IMG/VR virus record: IMGVR_UViG_3300021255_000122
Coordinates: 1 to 64,000 of that record
DNA length: 64,000 bases
Direction: 5' to 3' (one strand)
From: a virus
Taxonomy: Duplodnaviria > Caudoviricetes
Below, piece after piece: positions 1 through 7,800 of the stretch. The first letter of the stretch is position 1, and every line of letters begins with the position of its first letter. The notes beneath the pieces are model-generated. The model ran no database searches and was not told the origin of the DNA. It was given only the letters and a program-made list of their open reading frames with translations. Both the position numbers and the translations under genes were made by a program.

Positions 1-14
1 GGTTGTCCATAACT

Positions 15-191
15 TTATTCTTTTAATCCCCAAATAGCCAAATCTATGCAAGCAGAAAAACCTACCCCAAGTAGTATGATATCCCAATTACTGAAACTCT
101 TAATCAGTTCAGGGTTACTAACACATAAAATTGTGAAGAAAGGTATTCCTAAACCTATAGAAACTGCCATTGATTTAATCATTTCTTTCAT
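15..191 (-). CDS. small hypothetical membrane protein (start re-set to MKEMIKS at 191)
   Basis: Two hydrophobic stretches; ATG 4 nt after the stop of the upstream ORF at 196. Confidence 0.55.
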   Translation of the reverse strand: MKEMIKSMAVSIGLGIPFFTILCVSNPELIKSFSNWDIILLGVGFSACIDLAIWGLKE

Positions 192-195
192 AACT

Positions 196-357
196 TTATT
201 TCTCCAATTCAAGATTAATCGAAAATTCCCACACAAACAGATATAAAGAAATACTAAGAAACCCTCTACAATATCCCACACCTAATGATGGCAACAGCAT
301 ACAGAACCAAGAGTTTTTGTTCCGATAATAATCAGTTCTTTTGAAGTTTACTTTCAT
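196..357 (-). CDS. hypothetical protein, 53 aa (MKVNFKRTDYYRNK...), below ORF-track cutoff
   Basis: Read by hand; fills the gap exactly between neighbouring co-oriented genes. Confidence 0.5.
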   Translation of the reverse strand: MKVNFKRTDYYRNKNSWFCMLLPSLGVGYCRGFLSISLYLFVWEFSINLELEK

Positions 358-360
358 AAA

Positions 361-636
361 TTATTTTCCTTTCTGTGCTTTAAGTCCCAATTCAAAGAAA
401 TGCTTGGCAACACGTCTTAAACTTAGTTTGTGACCTATTGTAGCTTTTTCAAAATTAGTGTCTATAAACTGAGATATTTCCTTATTTATATCCACCTCTT
501 TCACTTCAAGAGTGTCGAGAAATGAAAGAATTTCATCACATTCATCTTTTCTTGAAAAGAGTCTATGTCTCTTGTAAATATCCTTCCTTTTTTCTATCTC
601 CGCTACTAAAGCGGCTTTATTTATGTACTGTGCCAT
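361..636 (-). CDS. hypothetical phage protein
   Basis: ORF tightly packed with neighbours (2-3 nt gaps). Confidence 0.7.
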   Translation of the reverse strand: MAQYINKAALVAEIEKRKDIYKRHRLFSRKDECDEILSFLDTLEVKEVDINKEISQFIDTNFEKATIGHKLSLRRVAKHFFELGLKAQKGK

Positions 637-638
637 AA

Positions 639-1313
639 CTACTCCTCCGTTAGTTTCTTTAAATCGTTATAGAGTTCAATCAATGTTTGTCCTTGTCCTG
701 CATAGGATATATTGCCAGTAAGGTTTAGGTCATGGAGTGCTTTCGTCTGCTCATCACTCGGCTTCCAAGAGTATCTGTCTTTAAGTGAATTAAGCCAATC
801 AAAAAACTTTTTTAGGTAAGACACATCATTCGAAAATGATAAAGCCATTAATTCAAGTTCCTTAAACCAACTTTCATCCTCTTCACTCCAAGCACAAGCA
901 GGTTTATCATACATTGCTTCCTTTGCTTCTGCTGAAATCATGCGTTGTGGCTTTTTGTTGGGATTCAGAGTTTTTAGGAAAAACATAAGTTCTTGCATCT
1001 TTTTTATATCTACAGCATTATTTACTTCCTCTGCCTGCCTCCACTGTTCTTTAACAAGTGATTCAAGCTGACAGATACAACTCTCTTCTTGTGGACTCCA
1101 TTTTGCTATTTTTTCAGCCTCTTCTTCTGTTACACATCTTGTATTTCTGCAATGTGTGATAAGTTCTTTCCTTATTTTCTCATCCTCGCTCTCTTTGAGT
1201 TCGGGGAAGATTCTTTCTAAAGTTGCTTTAAGATGTCTATCTTCATCTTTATACGCAGCATTTGCTATTTCCAAAGCCTCGTCGTAGGCTCTTGCTTTTT
1301 CTTCTATATTCAT
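639..1313 (-). CDS. modular hypothetical protein of Bacteroidales-phage type (KARAYDEAL / ESEDEKIRKEL / WSEEDE / WKPSDEQ blocks)
   Basis: 224-aa ORF with short blocks I recognise from Bacteroidales phage accessory proteins; one block shared with 1515-1964. Confidence 0.7.
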   Translation of the reverse strand: MNIEEKARAYDEALEIANAAYKDEDRHLKATLERIFPELKESEDEKIRKELITHCRNTRCVTEEEAEKIAKWSPQEESCICQLESLVKEQWRQAEEVNNAVDIKKMQELMFFLKTLNPNKKPQRMISAEAKEAMYDKPACAWSEEDESWFKELELMALSFSNDVSYLKKFFDWLNSLKDRYSWKPSDEQTKALHDLNLTGNISYAGQGQTLIELYNDLKKLTEE

Positions 1314-1498
1314 TTTCTTTTTCTTTTTATATACTTATTGATGTCTTCTATAATAGTAGCAAAAAGACCAATACAATACATAAAGGCACTAATACCACTA
1401 AACCAAATATATACGCCTTCTTTTGATACATAATAAAGTATTAAAAATAGTAGTGCATATACCATCCATTTAAAATTATTTTCTTTTTTCATAATCAC
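1310..1498 (-). CDS. small membrane protein
   Basis: Two hydrophobic helices, basic ends, 4-nt overlap with the next gene. Confidence 0.6.
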   Translation of the reverse strand: MIMKKENNFKWMVYALLFLILYYVSKEGVYIWFSGISAFMYCIGLFATIIEDINKYIKRKRK

Positions 1499-1514
1499 AA
1501 CAAATTTAATTCAT

Positions 1515-1964
1515 TCAACGTCTTTCTGTTCCTTGTTTTTCAAGCATTAACTTATCCAACTCTGAAAGTTCTATATAGTCACATTCAAATCCAAGGCATG
1601 AACTAAGGTGATAATCATTACCATTCTTTATTAAGTAAATTAATTTGCCTTCCCCATTTCCTGCAATACCGTCTTTCCAATGTTTCCATATAGACACTTT
1701 CTTTGACTTCTCCTTGCCCTGCTTTTCAAGCCAAGCAAGCATAGCACTTGTAGTAGTGTTGTTAATCATAAAATTACCACACCTTTCATTACATTTAACA
1801 AGTTCAGCAATGACTTTCCTTATACGCTCATCATATGGCTCAATCTTTTTAAGGATTATTTTATTTCCCTCAATAGTGGCTTCAAAGCCTTCAGGAATAG
1901 TAATTTCCTGGTGCATCAACTCGCTGTCAAATGCCCCGAATGATATTTCTTTTTCGTTGTCCAT
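1515..1964 (-). CDS. modular hypothetical protein, partial paralogue of 639-1313
   Basis: EPYDERIRKVIAEL resembles ESEDEKIRKELI; WLEKQG and LEKQG occur twice internally. Confidence 0.7.
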   Translation of the reverse strand: MDNEKEISFGAFDSELMHQEITIPEGFEATIEGNKIILKKIEPYDERIRKVIAELVKCNERCGNFMINNTTTSAMLAWLEKQGKEKSKKVSIWKHWKDGIAGNGEGKLIYLIKNGNDYHLSSCLGFECDYIELSELDKLMLEKQGTERR

Positions 1965-1966
1965 AG

Positions 1967-2323
1967 TTACAAAATTTCTAATATGTAGTTTTTAATTCCC
2001 AAGTTTTTAGCCAAGGAATCTACCTCTTTGCGGAATGTATCTTCCTTGCTTTCTGTAGTAAAGTAGTAGTCATATTTCCCTTCTGAAAGGTTTCTGGCTT
2101 TAAGCCATTTGTTTGCGATTATTTTTCTTTTCTCCGCATTCCAACGGCTGTAATTCCCTACCTTACTTTTTAACCACTCATTTACTTTTCCTTCACAGTA
2201 GGTACGGAATGCCTCTTTGCTTTCTACGGTAGCATAAGAACTAAAAACTCCGTCAGAGGAATTAACCTCTATTTTTCCATCACTTCTTTTAGAGATGTAC
2301 AAGTAATGATTTTCCATAATCAC
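1967..2323 (-). CDS. hypothetical protein
   Basis: ORF in packed operon. Confidence 0.65.
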   Translation of the reverse strand: MIMENHYLYISKRSDGKIEVNSSDGVFSSYATVESKEAFRTYCEGKVNEWLKSKVGNYSRWNAEKRKIIANKWLKARNLSEGKYDYYFTTESKEDTFRKEVDSLAKNLGIKNYILEIL

Positions 2324-2634
2324 AACATTTTAAGTTCATTGAGTTTAATAATCATTTCTACACAAGCATCAACAAAGTTGTCGTAATAGTCTCCTTCAAT
2401 ATCCTCATCAGCACCTGTATATGAAATATAATATTTATCCATATAACCTCTATAAAGTTCAAAGAAGCGGCTTGTACCTTCTTCATCAACAACTTCATAA
2501 GGCAATTTTTCAAGCAATGCTGCAGGACTCCAAGCAGGGTAAAACTTTACGTTGCCACTACCGTCCTTAACTAAATCCCATTCATCAATAGGGAGGATTC
2601 TTGTCGTTCCATCAACAAAAACGTTCCATCCCAT
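2320..2634 (-). CDS. hypothetical phage protein, apparently 5'-truncated (frame open upstream as YEQSRKLSEILPLESAD)
   Basis: Frame extends 17 codons upstream of the Met to an in-frame TAA at 2686-2688. Confidence 0.6.
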   Translation of the reverse strand: MGWNVFVDGTTRILPIDEWDLVKDGSGNVKFYPAWSPAALLEKLPYEVVDEEGTSRFFELYRGYMDKYYISYTGADEDIEGDYYDNFVDACVEMIIKLNELKML

Positions 2635-2685
2635 ATCTGCACTTTCAAGTGGCAGTATCTCTGACAGTTTTCTACTTTGTTCATA

Positions 2686-2841
2686 TTACCAAATACTTAC
2701 ATAATAGTTACCATTATTGTCTTGACATAGTTCAAGACGTGTAATGTTATCACTTACTCCCTGATAAACTACATGGATTTCACAAGAAGTTATATGCCTT
2801 CCTATAAAAAGGGATTGGTCAATTAATTGTTGTAGTGTCAT
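2686..2841 (-). CDS. hypothetical protein, 51 aa (MTLQQLIDQSLF...)
   Basis: Read by hand; fills the intergenic gap. Confidence 0.5.
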   Translation of the reverse strand: MTLQQLIDQSLFIGRHITSCEIHVVYQGVSDNITRLELCQDNNGNYYVSIW

Positions 2842-2862
2842 GTCTTTTTTCTTTTTGTTTAT

Positions 2863-3063
2863 TTATATACACCTTGCATAATATTCCTCAATGTGGTTGT
2901 ATCTTGAACAAACGTTAGCCCAATATTCCTTTTCGGTTTCGCTTTCCAATTGTTCGGCAAGCATATAAATATCAAGCCATCGGGCATATCCCCACTTACT
3001 ATCAATTTCATGTATTTGGGATAGCAAATCTTTGTCGTGTTCGCTTAATTTTTCGTTTTCCAT
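2863..3063 (-). CDS. hypothetical protein
   Basis: ORF in packed operon. Confidence 0.6.
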   Translation of the reverse strand: MENEKLSEHDKDLLSQIHEIDSKWGYARWLDIYMLAEQLESETEKEYWANVCSRYNHIEEYYARCI

Positions 3064-3065
3064 AA

Positions 3066-3446
3066 CTAATACACTTTAATGGGTTTAAGCCTTTCTATGC
3101 CCTTGAAAACGCGCCTAACGGCATCACCAAAGTTTTTGTATAAAGCGAATACCCAAAGTTCATCTTCTTTCTTTCCGTTGAAAAGTGAATACACCTCCCA
3201 ATATTGCTTGTTGTTTGCATCCAAACTTTTATACCGTTCAATTGCAGCGTAGTGTTCCCATACCGTACAATTTTCCGACAACTTGCATATTTCTATTACG
3301 TCGGTGTTACCATCATTTAAGTCAAATAGCACGTCAGCACCCCATTTGTCGTTTTCGGGGAAATACTTTTGTAGAATGCCATCAAGTTTTCGATTGAAAG
3401 TAAAGGCTTTCATCTTGTCCGATTGTTCGTAACTATAGTATTTCAT
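3066..3446 (-). CDS. hypothetical protein
   Basis: ORF in packed operon. Confidence 0.65.
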   Translation of the reverse strand: MKYYSYEQSDKMKAFTFNRKLDGILQKYFPENDKWGADVLFDLNDGNTDVIEICKLSENCTVWEHYAAIERYKSLDANNKQYWEVYSLFNGKKEDELWVFALYKNFGDAVRRVFKGIERLKPIKVY

Positions 3447-3452
3447 TGTTGT

Positions 3453-3608
3453 TTATTTGTGATTATACCTCAACATATTCAATTCGTACCTTATGTTGCT
3501 TAATTCGCGCTTAATATCATGTAGTTTGTTTGCGCAATCGCATTGTGCAATTGTACCAATCAAAATAAAACATAATATATTTAAAAGAGTCGTCTTAATA
3601 TCCTTCAT
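3453..3608 (-). CDS. small protein with N-terminal hydrophobic segment and short coiled coil, 51 aa
   Basis: Read by hand: MKDIKTTLLNILCFILIGTIAQCDC... Confidence 0.5.
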   Translation of the reverse strand: MKDIKTTLLNILCFILIGTIAQCDCANKLHDIKRELSNIRYELNMLRYNHK

Positions 3609-3619
3609 AACAAAACGGT

Positions 3620-4180
3620 TTAATAGTCAAAATCTTTATTCAAAGCCTCTTGTAATGAAATCGCACCGTAGTTTCCTGCTTTCCAATTGTTGATAAAATT
3701 GTATATCGCCCACGCAAAATCTTCGGTTACTATGTTGCTTTTCTTTTTGTACTTTTCAAATTCGGCATTTGCGTCATACCCTAACACATCGTTGCAAAGT
3801 TGGTCGCAAATTTCGTTGTACACGTTTCCGTTGTGGCCTTTCACCCAATTGTATGTTATGTGCTTAATGTTTTTATTTTCAGCACGTACCTTGCGCCAAA
3901 CCTTAAACAAATCTTCGTTGCTTTTTTGTTGCCATTGTCCAGACAAAGTATTAAGTGCATATTGCGAATCGGAATAAATATCCACCTCGTCGGCATCATC
4001 GGGCAATCGGTTAAAAGCCGCAATAATCGCTTTTAGTTCGGCGCGGTTGTTTGTTTCCTTTGTAATCTTGTACGCATTCCTTTCGATTTCCGCGTTTTCG
4101 CCATTCAATATAACATAGGCAAACGCACCCTCGTCGTGTTGTTTTGAATACGCACCGTCCGTATAAATCGTATATCTCAT
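3620..4180 (-). CDS. rnhA: ribonuclease HI
   Basis: Motifs YTDGA, TNNRAEL, YSDSQY, WVKGH..NVYNEICD give the RNase H catalytic D-E-D-D set. Confidence 0.92.
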   Translation of the reverse strand: MRYTIYTDGAYSKQHDEGAFAYVILNGENAEIERNAYKITKETNNRAELKAIIAAFNRLPDDADEVDIYSDSQYALNTLSGQWQQKSNEDLFKVWRKVRAENKNIKHITYNWVKGHNGNVYNEICDQLCNDVLGYDANAEFEKYKKKSNIVTEDFAWAIYNFINNWKAGNYGAISLQEALNKDFDY

Positions 4181-4274
4181 AATTGTTATCTATTTATATA
4201 TATTTATATTTATAATTATATCTTTAGAATTTTATTATGTAAAAACATACATAGTTTTGATTTTTGAACTTTGG

Positions 4275-4722
4275 ATATTGCACAAAATTCCCAAAGTACA
4301 TTTTTACTGTACTTAGGAATTGTGCGTTTCTGGTAGTCCGTCATCCGTCACCCCATCAACCACACACAATAGCGAATTGCAAACACTATTGATACCTGTC
4401 CTTCCCGATTTGCTTTCGGTCGCACAAGCGGACAAGACACTTTTTCAAGCGTACCCTCACTTACTACCTTAGTGCTATCCCTCTTGGTAGTTTAATGTCC
4501 TTGGAATCGAGGTGTGACAACCGATACAATTTTCTCTTTCGGTATTTATGGACGTTCAAATCCCAAGTAAGTGAAATGGGAAATGCCAACCTTATAAAAG
4601 CAACAATCCCTATCAAGTAGTGCGGATACTTAATAGGGAAATGTCTATATAAAGTTGGCTCAAATGCCGTACTTTCCAACAATGTCCGTGAATCCTACAA
4701 GTTCCGCACACTTAATTCACGG
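4275..4722 (-). ncRNA. candidate ~440-nt structured RNA or long leader with complementary hairpin loops
   Basis: Starts right after the promoter at 4725-4732; multiple stems; loops GUGCGGA and UCCGCAC are complementary; no convincing ORF. Confidence 0.5.
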
Positions 4723-4724
4723 TG

Positions 4725-4755
4725 CAAAGATAGAACAAAGTTTTAAACACACAAA
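4725..4755 (-). promoter_or_regulatory. Bacteroidota housekeeping promoter (-33 TTTG, -7 TATCTTTG)
   Basis: Reverse complements of caaagata (4725-4732) and caaa (4752-4755), 19-nt spacer. Confidence 0.8.
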
Positions 4756-4780
4756 TGTTTGCCCCGATTTTTAATGTGTT

Positions 4781-4945
4781 TTAACATTCATCATCCCTAT
4801 CGTAGCAATCATCATCTTCGTAATCGCCATTGTGGTATCGCATGTTTGCGGCAAACGCTTCACATTTCATACAATTCAATCCGCAAAGATTCTCGGAACG
4901 TTCGCAAATGCGTTCCAGTTGTTCGTCGGATAAAATAAATGCCAT
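4781..4945 (-). CDS. small acidic Cys-rich protein, 54 aa (MAFILSDEQLERIC...)
   Basis: Read by hand; fills the gap. Confidence 0.5.
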   Translation of the reverse strand: MAFILSDEQLERICERSENLCGLNCMKCEAFAANMRYHNGDYEDDDCYDRDDEC

Positions 4946-4949
4946 TGCG

Positions 4950-5144
4950 TTAACGTTCTAAGATTTCGATTTTGTAATCATCACATTCAAAAGTATCTCC
5001 GTTCTTGTGTGTGTTGCACCAACGGATAGCGTCGTTCGTTTCCTTTACGTTGCACACCAAGGCAAACACCATTTCACCGATTTGCCCCATTCTGCACTCT
5101 TTTGTTACGTTCTCTTTCTTGTTTGTAAATCTTAATTTCTTCAT
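4950..5144 (-). CDS. hypothetical protein
   Basis: ORF with AT-rich leader. Confidence 0.6.
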   Translation of the reverse strand: MKKLRFTNKKENVTKECRMGQIGEMVFALVCNVKETNDAIRWCNTHKNGDTFECDDYKIEILER

Positions 5145-5156
5145 AGTTCTATTTGT

Positions 5157-5378
5157 TTATTTGTTATATATTTCATTTGCCCTTGCGACGATTTTGTTAC
5201 GGCACGTATTATCAAGTTCGGAATACCAATACAAATCGCCAAGCCTACTACGCTGGTGTACCCATTTCGAAAAGACATGCTCGCCAAGATTATCTCCAAA
5301 CACTTTCTTTGCTTCTCCTATGCACCACTTGTTGCACATGTAATAGAGAAAGTTTGTCACCTCGTTATTTTTTTCCAT
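5157..5378 (-). CDS. hypothetical protein (start MEKNNEV)
   Basis: ORF; internal Met is the more plausible start. Confidence 0.6.
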   Translation of the reverse strand: MEKNNEVTNFLYYMCNKWCIGEAKKVFGDNLGEHVFSKWVHQRSRLGDLYWYSELDNTCRNKIVARANEIYNK

Positions 5379-5553
5379 TGTCGTTAAGTTTTTCAATGTG
5401 ATACCATTCAACATCGGGTTCGTTCAATCCCCAAAAGTCGATAAGAAAATTCTCGTCTATGTGGTCGTGCATTCCATCTTCGGGAACGCTATAAGTTGGT
5501 GTTAGCAAACTTTCTCGACCATGTTCTTTAATTGTTGCTTGCCATGTAATCAT
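5365..5553 (-). CDS. hypothetical protein (start MITWQ)
   Basis: ORF with A-rich leader. Confidence 0.55.
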   Translation of the reverse strand: MITWQATIKEHGRESLLTPTYSVPEDGMHDHIDENFLIDFWGLNEPDVEWYHIEKLNDNGKK

Positions 5554-5587
5554 AATAATAATATTTGAATTTAAACGCTTTTTCTTT

Positions 5588-5657
5588 GCTTGTAAGCACA
5601 TTTCATTTGCTGGGTGGGTAGTTATCCCACAACGGCAAAGAAACGCGCTTAGAACGC
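5588..5657. repeat. dispersed ~70-bp imperfect palindrome, copy 1
   Basis: Arms ttgtaagcacatttc / gaaacgcgcttagaa; core gggtgggtagttatcccaca. Confidence 0.8.
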
Positions 5658-5658
5658 C

Positions 5659-5961
5659 TTAAAATGCGCTTAAATCAATTTCGTGTACCTGCGTGTAGGT
5701 TAACTTTCCACGATAGCCCCTTGACGCAAGTTCTTCCATAAGTTCCCGCGGGGTAAAATCAGAAAGGCACAACTTGCGGTTTTCTGCTCGCAAATCCTCA
5801 ACTTTCTTTTTCTGCTCCTCAATGCGTTGCTGACGTTTTTCGGCACGGTGTGTTTTGTCGCAATCAAGACATACGGACACATAGCCATATCGTCCTCTTT
5901 TGAAATGGTCTAAACTTAATTCACGACCACAACACTTACAAACTTTTGTTTCTGTTTCCAT
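5659..5961 (-). CDS. Zn-finger (CxxC...CxxC) protein with coiled coil
   Basis: CKCCG...CLDC followed by a charged helix. Confidence 0.7.
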   Translation of the reverse strand: METETKVCKCCGRELSLDHFKRGRYGYVSVCLDCDKTHRAEKRQQRIEEQKKKVEDLRAENRKLCLSDFTPRELMEELASRGYRGKLTYTQVHEIDLSAF

Positions 5962-5969
5962 GATGTTTT

Positions 5970-6839
5970 TTATTTTTTAGTTAATAAATAAGCGATGTAA
6001 TCATCCGTTCGCGCAATTTCCTTAACTTTAAGAATGACATATCCATCTTCCACCCCAATCAATTCCTTGATACGCATACATAGTATCTTGCTATTGATAG
6101 CGGCATTTCCAACACTTCCGTCTTTTCGCTTTCCGTCAACGACAGGCACGCCCGTTTCATCATTCAACCACAAACAAACCTCGCCTTTCTTATTGACACG
6201 TAAAGCGGCATATTCGTAACCGCCACGTTTCTGCATATCCGATGTTATGTTTTGATTGAATGTAACGTTGAACTTTGAGCGCGTGTTGAGTGACACCTCG
6301 TCGTTCCCAAGGCGACAAGTTTTCTTGCGTGTGACATCGACAAGTTCAAAATCCTTCAATGGGTCGGCAACGTTGTCAATAGGAATTTTCTTGTCTATGT
6401 TTTGCCTCTTGTGTTCACTTTCAATTATTTTTACTTCGTCTTTGTCCATCATAACGCCGTATCTTTCTGCCGAATCTACACGCGCCTCGGTTTTCCAAAA
6501 CTGTGGGCTATCCCAATTGTGACGTAGAACTTTGCCTTTGCCTTTGAAATTCCTAATATCCGACATTGGGTACTCGCCCAACTTGTCAACACGGTATCTA
6601 TCCCAACGCCGTTGAAAATCTTGCCAGAAATCATACCCGAAATGTGAATTTGTAACCCAATAGAATGCCGACAACATAACGTTATCCGCGTCGGCTTGTA
6701 CAAGATACTCCTCTACCGAAAGCGGATTTTGCTTTAAGCGATACTTTACGTACAAGTTAATGAACAAATCATCCATACCCCTGTCCTTGACAAAGTTCTT
6801 GAACATTGCAATTTCTATTAACGTCATTGTTTTATACAC
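5970..6839 (-). CDS. hypothetical protein, 289 aa
   Basis: Long ORF; no motif recognised. Confidence 0.75.
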   Translation of the reverse strand: MYKTMTLIEIAMFKNFVKDRGMDDLFINLYVKYRLKQNPLSVEEYLVQADADNVMLSAFYWVTNSHFGYDFWQDFQRRWDRYRVDKLGEYPMSDIRNFKGKGKVLRHNWDSPQFWKTEARVDSAERYGVMMDKDEVKIIESEHKRQNIDKKIPIDNVADPLKDFELVDVTRKKTCRLGNDEVSLNTRSKFNVTFNQNITSDMQKRGGYEYAALRVNKKGEVCLWLNDETGVPVVDGKRKDGSVGNAAINSKILCMRIKELIGVEDGYVILKVKEIARTDDYIAYLLTKK

Positions 6840-6877
6840 CTATACGTGTCGGTGCGCCAACTTTAAAAGATTAAAAA

Positions 6878-7108
6878 CTATTTTGCCAAAACGTACTCGG
6901 TGACATACTTGCCCGTTTCCGTCTTTATCTTACAAGCGTTAATATTCAATCCACGTTCGCGTAGGTCGTGAATGCGGCTTGCCAAGCGCATACAACCGAA
7001 AAGGCGTAATGCCTCAAGACTTGTGATTGAATACCCTTTTTGTAGGTAGTCGGCAATCATGTTGCACTGTGTCCTACTTTCCTTTTCGTTTAAATTAACG
7101 TTTGCCAT
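6878..7108 (-). CDS. winged helix-turn-helix protein (HTH_39-like)
   Basis: ITSLEALRLFGCMRLASRIHDLRERG is typical of this small phage wHTH family. Confidence 0.8.
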   Translation of the reverse strand: MANVNLNEKESRTQCNMIADYLQKGYSITSLEALRLFGCMRLASRIHDLRERGLNINACKIKTETGKYVTEYVLAK

Positions 7109-7110
7109 AT

Positions 7111-7560
7111 TTATCCGTAAATTAATTCTCCAAATAAAACAAATTGCATCACACTTTCTGCCTGTGGCAAATCCAAGTTACCCTTGTCCGCATGAACAAG
7201 ATTTCTTGCGCATTCACTAATATAATCGTCACCGTCAAGACAAGCCTGCAATCCGTTCTTGATGTCTTCAAGAGAAACGGTGTAAATCATTTCGAACTCT
7301 TCATCATCCCAAACGTGGGGCAAGTTGCCATAGAACTCCGCATCCTCGGCATACTTGTCAACAATTTCAATTGTCTTACCAGCAAGCAACAAGCGTGCAA
7401 GTTTGTCTTCAAAGCAATCATTTTCGTTCGCGTCTTTCAATTCGTGGTATTCAATACTATCGTAGCGAGCACCAAACATAAAAGAACCATAAAGAGCCGT
7501 GCTAAAGAAGTCAACCAAATCTTCGTGATTGATTTCTAAAATTGTCGTTTTTGTTTTCAT
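7111..7560 (-). CDS. hypothetical protein
   Basis: ORF with AT-rich leader. Confidence 0.7.
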   Translation of the reverse strand: MKTKTTILEINHEDLVDFFSTALYGSFMFGARYDSIEYHELKDANENDCFEDKLARLLLAGKTIEIVDKYAEDAEFYGNLPHVWDDEEFEMIYTVSLEDIKNGLQACLDGDDYISECARNLVHADKGNLDLPQAESVMQFVLFGELIYG

Positions 7561-7599
7561 AATAAATAAATAAATTTTAAATATACAAAATAAGTTTCG

Positions 7600-7634
7600 A
7601 AAAAGATAGGGAGGTTTATACGCCTCCCCGTCTT
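7600..7634 (-). terminator. intrinsic terminator
   Basis: gggagg/cctccc stem followed by a U-run on the minus strand. Confidence 0.6.
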
Positions 7635-7795
7635 AAAAGTCTAACAATACGATATGCAACTACTTTTTCGTTACATTTGGAACAACACTCGCCCTCGTCT
7701 TTGATAGGCCACGGGTTGTGACCCCATTCGTTTTTGATTCGCTTGCCACAAATACAACAAGTAAAGGGCTTGAAGTTTGCTTTAATCCCGTCCAT
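7616..7795 (-). CDS. small Cys-rich Zn-finger-like protein, 59 aa (CCICGK..GHNPWP..CCSKCN)
   Basis: Read by hand; motif pattern seen in small phage proteins. Confidence 0.6.
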   Translation of the reverse strand: MDGIKANFKPFTCCICGKRIKNEWGHNPWPIKDEGECCSKCNEKVVAYRIVRLLRRGGV

Positions 7796-7800
7796 AACTT

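Noticed and set aside
4464-4682. 72-aa ORF inside the structured region
   Set aside because: TTG start, no typical leader, no motif; sequence better explained by RNA stems.
4275-4722. Group I or group II intron (GUGCG and GACGGACUA words)
   Set aside because: No domain V, no P7 partner strand and no interrupted exon frame.
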